Origin: Octopus sinensis
Lineage: Eukaryota
Length of the DNA: 64,000 nt
NCBI RefSeq assembly: GCF_006345805.1
Contig: NC_043004.1
Location: forward strand, 82,150,001 to 82,214,000
Direction: 5' to 3'
The position numbers were made by a program, and so were the translations under genes. Of the stretch, positions 51,622 to 64,000 are shown one piece after another (position 1 is the stretch's first letter; the number at the start of each line of letters is the position of its first letter). Below the pieces are notes generated by a model, which was not told the origin of the DNA, did no database searches, and saw nothing but the letters and a program-made list of their open reading frames with translations.

Positions 51622-51743
51622 CTCTCTATGCTGATGACCGTTAATGTGAAAACGGAACAAAGCATGGACACATTCTGCAAATAGTGAACAGCTTTGCATA
51701 AGACTTCTCCCATTGTCCATGTAAAGGAAAAAAATGCCACACC
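51622..51743 (-). CDS. GPCR exon: ECL1 and TM3
   Basis: Acceptor tttccag|, reads GVAFFSFTWTMGEVLCKAVHYLQNVSMLCSVFTLTVISIE + AG, donor GTAAGG at 51621; contains the ECL1 W and the TM3 disulfide Cys; splices in frame to 28412. Confidence 0.93.
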
Positions 51744-52924
51744 CTGGAAAACAAATATGAAACATTTTTATATAAGTAGTATATAAATAACCTACGCACA
51801 CATGCATGATTCGAATAAGAAGCCAAAGACTTTAGGAATTCCTTAATGATCAGTTAGAATTATTTCTGAGCCATCTCTGCTTTCAACGCTAGTTCGCGCT
51901 AAAGTTCCAAGTAAACATTTACGTAATATTTGCGGTTTTAGACACTTCTTCAGACCTATATTAAAGGTGCGGTCTTAGATTTTGAGCATGGTAGGCTTTT
52001 TGTTTATGCTCATATCTGGAGGAAACAAAAACGTAAAGAAAGAAGAAAATTATTTACATTATTTTGACAGATATTTGCCCTCATCTTGTTTGTTGTTAAC
52101 ACAACGTTTCATGAAGACAATTGGAAGGGAGGGAGAGAGTGAGGGAGGGAGGCAAAGAGGAAGAATGGAATACTTGAATTCGAAACCTGACCTGGATATT
52201 TGCGACAGATCCAAAAGTGCCACCCTTATCGCCGCCGTCTGTCTATGCTACGGATTGCCCTCCTAAAAATGATGAAAAACATTAAAAATTCTTACATTGT
52301 AGAAAAACGTTTGGGATGTCACAATTCGAACGCATTTGATCATGGGCTTGCTTGATCAAAGTTGATTTGATGTTAAGAGCGATAAAATACAACTTTTAAT
52401 CTCCAAAACAACATTATTCCTTAGTTTCATCTTGGTAGTCTTGATTGTAATATATCTTTTTAATCCTTTAAACTAATCCTCTAGTAATAAATTCCGACAA
52501 GAACCAAGCGACCGTAGAATATATGAAGCGATTTTAAATTAGATGTTAAAAAAAAAAGCAAAAAGTTTTCTTCTTTTGATTTCGTGCTTAAGTAACGGTG
52601 GGATAACATTTCAAGTTGTTGATTTGTTAGATAAAAACATAAAGTAATAAAAGTTTTAATTAAAATGGATTCAAATAAAAGGAAAACTACTGAATATATG
52701 AAAATGTACAACAAACATGAAAAGGAAAAAAAATGTGACGTTAAGAGAGCTGGGAGCTGATGATGCAAAATGTTAGACGGTTTAACTGTAAGGTTATAGG
52801 AAAAAATAATACGGGTCACTATGTATGTATGCATGTATATATATATATGTATGTTGCTCCAGTTTATTCAGCTGTAGAAAAAAATATATATAAGTGTATG
52901 AATATATATAAGTGTATAAATATA

Positions 52925-52968
<44 letters not shown>

Positions 52969-53069
52969 ATATATTATATATATATATATGTATGTATATA
53001 TGTAAATATTTATATATGTATAGTATATATACATATATAATATAAGTATATATATCAAGTATATTCAGT

Positions 53070-53223
53070 TTTTCATTGTGTTTATTTTGTCATTCCTTTC
53101 TGTTGAAGAGCGTAGGTTCCAAACGTAGAAGGCTTTTTCATTCTGCCGAGCGTCAAACTAATACACCTGTTTGTGTTCATACACCTTCCTTCGTCTTTTG
53201 TTTTTCTATAAATTTCAACTGTA
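53070..53223 (+). mobile_element. CUGUUGA hammerhead-like repeat, copy 3 (motif 53095-53132)
   Basis: CCTTT-CTGTTGA-A-GAGC-GTAG-GTTC-CAAA-CGT-A-GAAGG. Confidence 0.65.
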
Positions 53224-53233
53224 TGTATATAAT

Positions 53234-53283
<50 letters not shown>

Positions 53284-53293
53284 ATACATATAC

Positions 53294-53670
<377 letters not shown>

Positions 53671-54255
53671 ATATATATATATCCGCTAGTGTGTGTACGT
53701 TGGTGTGTGTTTGTGTGTATGTATTAATGTGTTTGTCCCATTCTCTCTTAATCACTGTTGGTTCATCAACGCCTCCTTAATATAGCAGTTCGACAAAAGA
53801 GAACGACAAAATAAGTACCCCACTTAAAATAAATAAAAACTGGGGTTCATTTTTTGCGACAAAATTCTTCGAAGTGGAATCCCAGCCTGCCTGCAGTCTG
53901 TAGCAGGAAAATGGTAAAAGGTATGTTATGTTGGCAAACAATCTTTACTACAAAGTACTTTTGCTGAATATCTCACGTTGAGAGATTTAAAAATAGTAAT
54001 TTTCTAAGGTGGAAGAAAACTGGAAATCTGTGGCATTCATGCATTTTCCAAAATAATACTTGTATTGCATTCGATAACGCCATTGTACTACCACTATTTT
54101 ATTCGTATTGAAATCAAAGAAACAACAAGGAAAACAGCGATAAGTGATTAATCAAGGAAGCCATAGAAAGAAATTCCTAAAACAGCTTATTCAGCACATA
54201 AATAACATCTGACAGTTAAACTCACACAAAACTCATACACATACTCATATAAAAA

Positions 54256-54303
<48 letters not shown>

Positions 54304-55212
54304 TACACACACATATACGCATGCACACTCACGCATGGACACATATTAATTTTCGTTTGGTGTCTAATGAAATATGTTGGCCGCCATTTTGTTAATATAT
54401 CAAAATTGGTCGGACGCAAAGTGAAGCGGCAAGCGTATTATATTGTACGTATATCGGTTGTTAAATATAGTAATAATAAACGCCATATTTTAATGCGAGA
54501 CGCCACGAGACTTACATGCATATGTCGGTGGTAATTGTACATATTTTCGTGGAACTTAATGGATATACCATCTGACGGCATTGACCAGTGTTCATTGTAA
54601 TTCTCAGCTATAAACAGAACAGAATGCTATGCGTGGTATGAAGCCATTTCGGTAAGTTATTCTCTAAATGAATGGACTAAAACAACGATGAAGTGAAACG
54701 AAATATCAATGGACGTGTGTATATGTATGTGTCCTGTGAATGTGAGAGAAAGAGGGAAAGAGGGAGTGAGAGAGAGAGAGAGAAAGAGAAAGGAAATTCT
54801 GTTGTTGGAACTTGTAGAAGATATAATGTAAAACAAACAAAATCTATTATAAAAAATTTTTTATAATAATTATTTGTAGACTCCCTGCAAAAGACCACTA
54901 ATCATGATAATCTATTGCATGTCTCATCCTAGATCAGCCATGAGCAACTCGCGGCATCCAGGCTGCTACATGTGGTCATTATGATGTCCGTCGTTTTTAT
55001 CACATAAACTTTCTTCTATTCTTTCTGTAACGTAATCGTTCGTTCTGACTCAGTTGATTTGACACAGCAAATATAGCCTTTTCCTTTTAATCAAATCGTT
55101 GCGGAATATTTGATATGCTATAACTCGTTGCCTGAGCAAGATGGATCTAGATTGGTTGAGGAGTGGATAAAGATGTACGTAAAGTGAAACAACAACAACC
55201 AACAACAACAGC

Positions 55213-55269
<57 letters not shown>

Positions 55270-55274
<5 letters not shown>

Positions 55275-55533
55275 AAAACAGAAACAATCCCTATCGTAGT
55301 TTGTACATTAGGCATGATAAAAAAATATTCAGACAAATACATAAGAAAAACACCAGGACTTACAAACACATATAACATACAGAAAATTGCACTACTAGGC
55401 ACTGCACACATCCTACGCAGAACACTTTCCATACAATAACCATCAGAGCATCACAACAAATCACAACACATATCCAAGGCACACAGAGCTGCGCTCGGTA
55501 GTGAAGTGAAAGCACGCTATAAAAATAAAACTA

Positions 55534-55590
<57 letters not shown>
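55270..55590 (+). pseudogene. R4/Dong-like LINE 3' end with (TAA)n tail
   Basis: IRKTPGLTNTYNIQKIALLGTAHILRRTLSIQ* then 3' UTR and (AAT)n. Confidence 0.8.
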
Positions 55591-55594
<4 letters not shown>

Positions 55595-55610
55595 TGATAA
55601 TAATAATAAT

Positions 55611-55778
55611 GTGAAGGCGCATGGCTCAGTAGTTAGAGTGTCGAGCTTACGATCCTGAGGCTGTGAGCTCGAATCCCGGACCGGGCTGAGTGTTGTGTTC
55701 TTGAGCAAGACACTTTATTTCACGTTGCTCCAGTTCACTCAGTTGTAGAAATGAGTTGCGACGTCACAGGTGCCAAGA
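55611..55778 (+). mobile_element. SINE family C (3'-truncated)
   Basis: gtgaaggcgcatggctcagtagttagagtg head. Confidence 0.8.
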
Positions 55779-55899
55779 ATCATAATTCCACGAAATGTGA
55801 TTAAATGAGTGCACTTTTTAGTATATGTGTGTAATATATACACTGTATATGCATACATACATGCATACACGCTTACAAGCACACACACACACATATAGA

Positions 55900-57445
55900 C
55901 ACGAGAGTGGGCTGCAAAGTTCAAAGGCTGACTTTGAAGCTAGAGCAGTGAAATTTTGCATTAATTTCATCTCTTATTTATTAATAACTGCATTGTTTAT
56001 TCCCAGGTAAACTGACATTTGACTGTTCAAAGATTTCATATGTAACTAGTAGCGATTTCTCTTGAGAATGGACAAAATTTGGTATCGCGGTGTTAACAAT
56101 TACATGTAGAAAAAGGGTTTAGCCCCCACCCGCCAAGGATATTCATACTGATATGGTTGTTACATTAAGGGATGATGCCCCAGCTTTATCAACAGTGCAA
56201 AGGCACTCAGCTGAATTTAGGAAGAGAAGAGAGGGTCTTCCAAAATAATTCAAGTTCTGGATGTCCTGCAACTGCCACCACCGAGAAAATTATTGATCGT
56301 GTGATAGATGACTGGCTGTTGACTTGAAATCAAGGAGCCAATGCAATTAGTATATCTCATGAAAAAGTTGAGAATATTCTGATCATAACTTTGGCACAAC
56401 GAACGTTTCTGCTCGGTGGGTGCCACGTATTGAGACACCTGATCAAAAGCGTAACGGAATGATCATGTCACTGGAAAATCTGACATCGTTTGAGGCAGAT
56501 CTAGATAGTTCCCTTGAATCTTTCCTAAGCCAAGAACAGTGTTGGGTTCATCACTCTGAACCAGAATCAAAGAGACAGTCCATGCAGTAGAAGCACCCCT
56601 CCTCACCTGCCCCAAAGAAGGCCAAGATCCTTTCATCTGCAGTGAAGGTGATGGCCTCAGTTTTTCGGGGGTTGCAAAAGGCATTGATTACTGACTATCT
56701 TCAAAAGGGTCACGCCATCTGTGGAAAGTATTAAGTGAACTTGCTGAGGCAATTACAAAATGCTATCAAAACTAAAGTGGAGGCACATGGCCTAGTGGTT
56801 AGAGCAGCGGACTCGCGGTTGAGGGATCGCATTTTCGAAACTCAGACCGAGCGATTTGTGTATTTATGAGCTAAACACCTAAGCTCCACGCGGCTCTGGC
56901 AGAAGGTAATGGCGAACTTCTGCTGACTCTTTCGCCACAGATTTCTCTCACTCTTTCCTCCTGCATCTAGCAGCTCACCTGCGACGGACGGCGTCCCGTC
57001 CAGGTGGGGAACCTATACGCCAAGGAAACCGGGAAACCGGCCCTACAAGCTAGGCGTGGCTCGAGAAGGAACAAGCAACAATCAAAACTAAACGTCCAGG
57101 AAAACTGACGAAAGGAGACTTGTTTCATCGGGACAATGCTTCAGTACACAAGTCTTTGGTTCCAACGGTTGATGTGTGCGACTGTAATTTTGAACTGGTT
57201 GATCACTCTTCTTATTCTCCTGATTTGGCTTCATCTCCCTATCATCAGCTCCCCAACAGGAAAAAAATTAGCTGGGAACCAATATCGCTGTAATGATGAC
57301 ATATCTGGTGTTGATGACCTTTTTTTATGAAGATGATGAAAGGTCTTTCACCAATGGGATCCAAGCACTGCAGTATCCATGAAAGAAGTTTGTAGACCCC
57401 AAGGGGGTTTATGCGTAAACATACACCTCACTTGGTCATATTTAT
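55900..57445 (+). pseudogene. Near-full-length dead mariner (DD34D) transposon
   Basis: Left TIR acgagagtgggctgcaaagttc; MDKIWYRGV...DDAPALSTVQ..., WVHH, HRDNA, SPDLAS motifs with stops and frameshifts; right end truncated. Confidence 0.88.
56777..57080 (+). mobile_element. SINE family D inserted in the mariner with 12-bp TSD
   Basis: ATCAAAACTAAA at 56765-56776 and 57081-57092. Confidence 0.9.
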
Positions 57446-58041
57446 ATAAACTAATAAAGTAAACACTGAAATGAACAGGCTTTAGTTACAAATTACAACT
57501 ATTGTTTCTGTGCATTGGTTTTCCATATTACATGAAATATTATGTGAACAAATATGATCTAGGAGTAACTGAGTACCTGCACGTCATCAGGTGAGTGGCT
57601 TTGATAGTACTACGGTATAACGTTCTTTATCTGTTCGTTTTATATCCTATTGCATCCTTAGTATTCTCCTTGTACTGAGTAACTTACAGCTTCTAATAGA
57701 CATATGCCATAAAAATACAAAATAAAGTAACGGCAATAAAAGGTTATTACCAAGATAGTATTATATGTGTATGTGTGTGTGTGTGTGCATGCGTGTGTGT
57801 GTGTGTGTATAAGTGTGTGTATGTACGTATATCTATCTATCTATATATATATATAAATACTATAAATAAATACATATACTATATGCTTCCCAACCACGTG
57901 GTTCCGGATTCAGTCCCACTGCGTGGCACTTGGGCGAATGTCTTCTACTATAGCTTCGAGACGACCAAAGCCTTGTAAGTGGAATTTGTGTGTGTGTGTG
58001 TGTGTGAGTACAGGCATATATACATACATACATATACATAC

Positions 58042-58089
<48 letters not shown>

Positions 58090-58298
58090 TATATAATATA
58101 TATATATATATTATATATATATATATATATATTATATATGTATATATATACGTATATATATATATATATATATTATATATAATATATATATATATATATT
58201 ATATATATATATAATATATATATTATATATGTATATATATATACGTTTAAATATTTGTTTGTGCAAGATTTTTTATGTGAAGTCGTGTGTTGAAACAG

Positions 58299-59366
58299 AT
58301 ATCGTTATATTTCGGAATGGTCATATTGCCAGTTTAACCAATAAAAACACACGCACTATATATTTGGTGTTATTTTGCTTCAGTGATATTTATTTTTTTA
58401 CATTAATCTTAATCTTATTTCGCATCAGTGGTCCTTTGTTTTCTTCTCACTTATTTGTGTCTCTCCTTACTAACCGTCAGCCATTTTATATTTCTATTGT
58501 ATGTCTTCATTGCGCATGCTTATATCTCTATGTGCGTCTATGTTTATTTAGTGTGTGTGTGGGGGGGATGCCTGTAATATTTGTATCTTCTGGTTATATA
58601 CATTCTTGTAATTTGTATTTTGTTTTGTTGTTTTGCTTTTGTTCTAATTTTGTTCATGTGTTTACATCCACCCATTATTATCATTACATATGCTTGTATG
58701 TATGTATAACAACAATATTAGTAATAATAATAATAAATCTAATCGAAAAAAAAAAAAATATATATATATATATACACACATATATACACATATACATATA
58801 TATATATACACATATACATACATAGATATATATACATATATATAGTTATTCATTTCTATTTCTTTAATTATCTGTGTATTTATTATGTTTGCAGGATCCA
58901 CTATCGTCATATGTTGTGGTGTGTGCTATTGCTCCATTCTAGTTTTCTATTCAGGCTAGGTTTATTTTCTATTATATGTGTAGCTTCTGTAATTTGTCTA
59001 ATTGTTGCATCTGTTCTATGTGTGGACAATATCTTAATCTCTATGTTATTGATTGATCCCCCGTGTTCCTGTTCGGTACACACACTAAATAAACATAGAC
59101 GCACATAGAGATATAAGCATGCGCAAATGAAGACATACAATAGAAATACAAAATGGCTGACGGTTAGTAAGGAGAGACACAAATAAGTGAGAAGAAAACA
59201 AAGGACCACTGATGCGGTCACAGGAGTGTGACGAAAGAACTTTGGCCGAAATAAGATTAAGATTAATGTAAAAAATAAATATCACTGAAGCAAAATAACA
59301 CCAAATATATAGTGCGTGTGTTTTTATTGCTAAACTGGCAATATGACCATTCCGAATATACGATAT
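58299..59366 (-). mobile_element. 5'-truncated Penelope-like element with inverted pseudo-LTR
   Basis: GIY-YIG C-terminal remnant EHGGSINNIEIKILSTHRTDATIRQITEATHIIENKPSLNRKLEW* (59077-58907); arms 58299-58558 and 59078-59366 are reverse complements. Confidence 0.8.
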
Positions 59367-60714
59367 ATATATAAATATGTATAATATATATATATATATA
59401 TATACATACACATGCATACATATATATATTACATATATATATATATATATATATATAGATATATATATATATATATATACAGACAGACACAAGCGCGCAC
59501 ACACTCACTCACACACACACATATGCAATGGGTATGTGTGTGAAGGAATAACCGTGTATGTGTGTCTGTAATGCGGAGATTGAAGTGACGGGGACGACCA
59601 TTAAAACAAAAATGTGTTGCTTACGTAAGAACCAATGAGCTTGATTAATCGAAAGGGAAAGATCGATAATATATTTCAAGTATAAAGTCAATGAACTTCA
59701 GAGAACCAGAAAGTCAGTTGGTAGTAAGCACTAAATATTCTATGATATAATTATATTATGCGGATTAAATATCGCCTGAGTTTTATAACCATTGTTATCA
59801 TTACATAAAATCGCATTTGACCATTTTGATGATCCTATGAAACTTAATTTCCGCGAGTTTCCTATACTCCATGAATCCTTCTTCGTTGTTGGTAATTCTG
59901 CTTCTCTTGCAGTGAGCGTTAAAGTAATAATTGTAAATTCCGCTGGTCTTTGTCCCCTATTTTGATATTTTCATGGCTGCGTTTGTGCAACACACGCATG
60001 CGCGCACACACATATTTACCTGTATTTATGCTTGTATGTATACATACATAATTAGATACACATACATGCGTACCCACATATATACATAAACACGCATATA
60101 CATACATGCATACATACATGCATGTATAAACACACATACACTGGCGCGCACACACAGACAAACACATATATTTACCTATATTTATGCTTCTATGAATTCA
60201 TATACAATTAGGTACACATACATACGTACCCATATGCGTCTATACACACACACCCATATACATACATGCGTACATACACACATGCATACACACACAAGCA
60301 CACTCATATATATATATAAAGAGAGAGGCAGACGTGGAGTAGAGAGGCGATGTGAGTGATGACGTCACGAACGGTAATGAAAAGATTTCGATAACCGTAA
60401 ACGATTTGTCGACAGTCTAAAGAATTAAACAAACAATCAGCTAGAACCTTGGCTCAATGATTAACCAATTGACTAACACACAAACAGTGAATTAGAAACA
60501 CTACGAGTTTTTGCTATTGACGTAATGGCGTCCTCACCATACAGCAGAATATATATATACCAATAAAAAGCAAAAATCTTGCAATACAAAATACAAAAAT
60601 GAAAAATGAAATATGAACTATTAATATATATTTCTATATTAAATCTCTGAGCGATATATAAGGAAGAGATGTCTTCCAGGGACTATAAACGTCAGTAGCA
60701 CTGTTCTGTATAGG

Positions 60715-60985
60715 ACGCCACATTTCGCCCGGCGTACTAACGTTTTTTATTTCTTTATTGGCCACAAGGGGCTAAACAAAGAGGAAACAAACAAACGACA
60801 GACAAAGGAATTAAGTCGATTACATCGACCCCAGTGCGTAACTGGTACTTCATTTATCGATCCCGAAAGTGATGAAAGGCAAAGTCGACCTCGGCGGAAT
60901 TTGAACTCAGAACGTAACGGCAGACGAAATACGGCTACGCATTTCGCCCGATGTGCTAACGTTTCTGTCAGCTCGCCGCCTTATA
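60715..60985 (-). mobile_element. SINE family B with tail re-entering the head sequence
   Basis: Tail (rc) aataaagaaataaaaaacgttagtacgccgggcgaaatg. Confidence 0.85.
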
Positions 60986-61250
60986 CAATGTTAATAATAC
61001 TCAGGGAATGTTTCTTTAAACGCAGTTCGCAAATTTCTTTCTGACGTCACATAAGAACTCACCATGTAGCAAGTAATAACATTAATATATACATACATAC
61101 ACACACCACACACACATACACATGCACAGGCATACACACGCATACATGTGTACGTGTGTGTGTAGCTATATGTGTATGTATATATATTATATATCTATAT
61201 AATACCATCAATCTCTATTGTCCACCTTTCTCCCTCTACAGACGTATATT

Positions 61251-61332
<82 letters not shown>

Positions 61333-61404
61333 TCTTTTATTCTTTTTCCTTTATTTGTTTCATTCTGACTGCCGCCATGCTGGAGCACCACCTTTAGTCG
61401 AACA

Positions 61405-62745
61405 AACCAGCCGACAATCCAACCAACCGACAAATCAACCAACCAACCAATCAACCGACCTACCGACAACCAGCCACCGACAAACCCAAGCGACGAGCAC
61501 CCCGACCGACAAACCAGCCAACCAACCAACCAACCGACCGACAAACCAACCAATCAACCAACCGACAAACCAACCAACCAATCAACCGACCGACCGACAA
61601 ACCAGCCAACCAATCAACCAACCAACCAACCAACCAACAAACCAGCTAACCAATCAAGCAACCAACCGACAAACCAGCCAACCGACCGACAAACCAACCA
61701 ACCAACCAACTAACCGACCGACAAACCAACCAACCAACCAACCTACCGACAAACTAACCAACCACCCTACCGACAATCCAACCAACCGACAAAGCAACCA
61801 ACCAATCAACCGACCGACAAACCAACCAGCCAACCAACCAACCAACCGACCGACAAACTAGCCAACCGACCAACCGGCAAACCAGCCAACGAACCAATCA
61901 ACCAACCAACCGAGAAACCAACCAACCAACCAACCAACCGACCAACCGACAAACCAGCCAACCAACCACCGACCGGCAAAAGCCAGCCAGCCAGCCAACC
62001 AACCAACCAGCCGACCGACAAACCAACCAACCAACCAACCAACAGACAAACCAACCACCCAACCGACAAACCACCAACCAACCAATCAACCGACCGACCG
62101 ACAAACCAGCCAACCAACCAACCGACAAAGCAACCGACCGACAAACCAGCCAACCGAGCAACCGACAAACCAGACAACGAACCAACCAACCAACCGACAA
62201 ATCAACCAACCAACCAACCAGCCAACAAACCAGCCGACAATCCAACTAACCGACAAACCAGCCAACCAACCAACCAACCAACCGACAAACCAACGAATCA
62301 CCCAACCAACCGACAAACCAGCCGACAATCCAGCCAACCGAGAAACAACCAACCAACCAACCAATCAACCGACCGACCGACAAACCAGCCAACCAACCAA
62401 CCAATCGACCGACAAACCAACCAACCAACCAACCGACCGACCGACAAACCAACCAACCAACCAACCAACAGACAAACTAACCAACCACCCAACCGACAAA
62501 CCAACCAACCGACCGACCGACAAACCAACCAACCAACCAACCAACAGACAAACTAACCAACCACCCAACCGACAAACCAACCAACCAACCGACCGACAAA
62601 CCAACCAACAACCAACCAACCAACAGACAAACTAACCAACCACCCAACCGACAAACCAACCAACCGACCGACCGACAAACCAGCCAACCAACTAACCGAC
62701 AAAGCAACCAACCGACAAAGCAGCCAACCAACCGACCGACAAGGC
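61405..62745. repeat. Compound (ACCA)n/(CCGACAAA) satellite, ~1.3 kb
   Basis: Direct reading; almost T-free on the + strand. Confidence 0.95.
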
Positions 62746-62869
62746 CAAAGACCGTGGGTAAGGCCAAAACAGTGCGAATTAAATACAAGGTAAATCACAA
62801 GAAAACAAATATGTGGATTAATGTATTCAATATTTCGGGGTTATAAAGGACCCAGGAGACGTTGTGCAT

Positions 62870-63035
62870 CTACAACATGAGTTGGACGCAATATCCAGGT
62901 GGGCTGAGGAAAATAACAACTAGTTTAATGCTGGAAAATTCCAAGCCCTGCACTACCAACATTGGAAACTCGATGAAAAGCAGATAGAATGTACTTGTCC
63001 AGGAGGAATTCCAATTCCTGAACCAAAATCAGTGG
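62870..63035 (+). pseudogene. CR1/L2-type LINE RT fragment
   Basis: LQHELDAISRWAEENNN*FNAGKFQALHY resembles LQ.DL..I..W...N.M.FN..K. Confidence 0.7.
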
Positions 63036-63279
63036 ATGTTATAATTCCACATATTTTTCATATATTTTTTGGATACATTACTGAAGCATATAGACAGATA
63101 CATCAGACGACAAATTACCTTCCATATGCAGTAAATATAGACACCTTAGTAGTTGCATTCGATGTTGCAGCATACATTTGGAATAAAAGCTTTACATTTT
63201 TTGGTTTAACAAATGTACTCATGACTTGCCAAATTGCACAGGAAATCTATATAACAGTGAAGGGCTTTAAATTGGAAGC

Positions 63280-63655
63280 ACTCCGTCGGTTACGACGACG
63301 AGGGTTCCGGTTGATCCGAATCAACGGAACAGCCTACTCGTTAAATTAACGTGTAAGTGGCCGAGCACTCCACAGACACGTGTACCCTTAACGTAGTTCT
63401 CGGGGATATTCAGCGTGACACAGAGAGTGACAGGCCGGCCCTTTGAAATACAGGTACAACAGAAACAGGAAGTAAGAGTGAGAGAAAGTTGTGGTGAAAG
63501 AGTACAGCAGGGATCACCACCATCCCCTGCCGGAGCCTCGTGGAGCTTTAGGTGTTTTCGCTCAATAAACACTCTCAACGCCCGGTCTGGGAATCGAAAC
63601 CGCGATCCTATGACCGCGAGTCCGCTGCCCTAACCACTGGGCCATTGCGCCTCCT
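63280..63655 (-). mobile_element. SINE family D with X-type tail
   Basis: Head (rc) gcgcaatggcccagtggttagggcagcggactcgcgg. Confidence 0.8.
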
Positions 63656-64000
63656 AGGGCTTTAAATTATTCTACAAAGCAATCCTTGAGAAATCTTTAT
63701 GAAACAATAGATAAGCAAAAATTTAGAATGGCAATGGAAATTAAGGTAGCCTCAACGTATGCAAATTTAGTAATGAATATATTGAAGCAAAATATATAAA
63801 AAATATGCGTACACTCACATACAAGTAGGGACTTAATGAGTTTTTTAATTTGTTATCACTGTGCATCAACTTCCGCAAATCGGAAACGGAAAGCATACCA
63901 GTGCAAGATAAATGAAGAACTAATGCTCGCATCGTTCAACTCCAAGTTAGATTTGATTTATTTGTGCTGTGTTATTTACTGTCTTCAGGACGCAAATAAG

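Overview
AT-rich, repeat-dense eukaryotic DNA; the SINE/microsatellite repertoire suggests an octopod cephalopod (inference). Most of the window lies inside one minus-strand class A (rhodopsin-like) neuropeptide-type GPCR gene. Four coding exons can be reconstructed: 51743-51622 (ECL1-TM3), 28412-28289 (DRY-TM4), 7207-7084 (ICL3) and 2284-1868 (TM6-TM7-C tail). The last intron has a GC-AG donor. The ECL2/TM5 exon was not found and may lie in the 100-N gap; the TM1-TM2 exon(s) were not seen and probably lie beyond 64000. The introns hold at least four tRNA-derived SINE types (including head-to-tail multimers and head/tail chimeras), LINE remnants (RTE, R4/Dong-like, REL-type, CR1-like), mariner pseudogenes, a paired TIR MITE, a small Helitron whose empty site is present elsewhere in the window, Penelope-like pieces, a 39-bp minisatellite and many microsatellites. 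The most striking signal is a set of minimal type-I hammerhead-ribozyme motifs, all antisense to the host gene. Three belong to a family with a CUGUUGA core, and the one copy in host-sense orientation lacks exactly stem II. All long ORFs in the track other than the GPCR exons are simple-repeat or TE artefacts.
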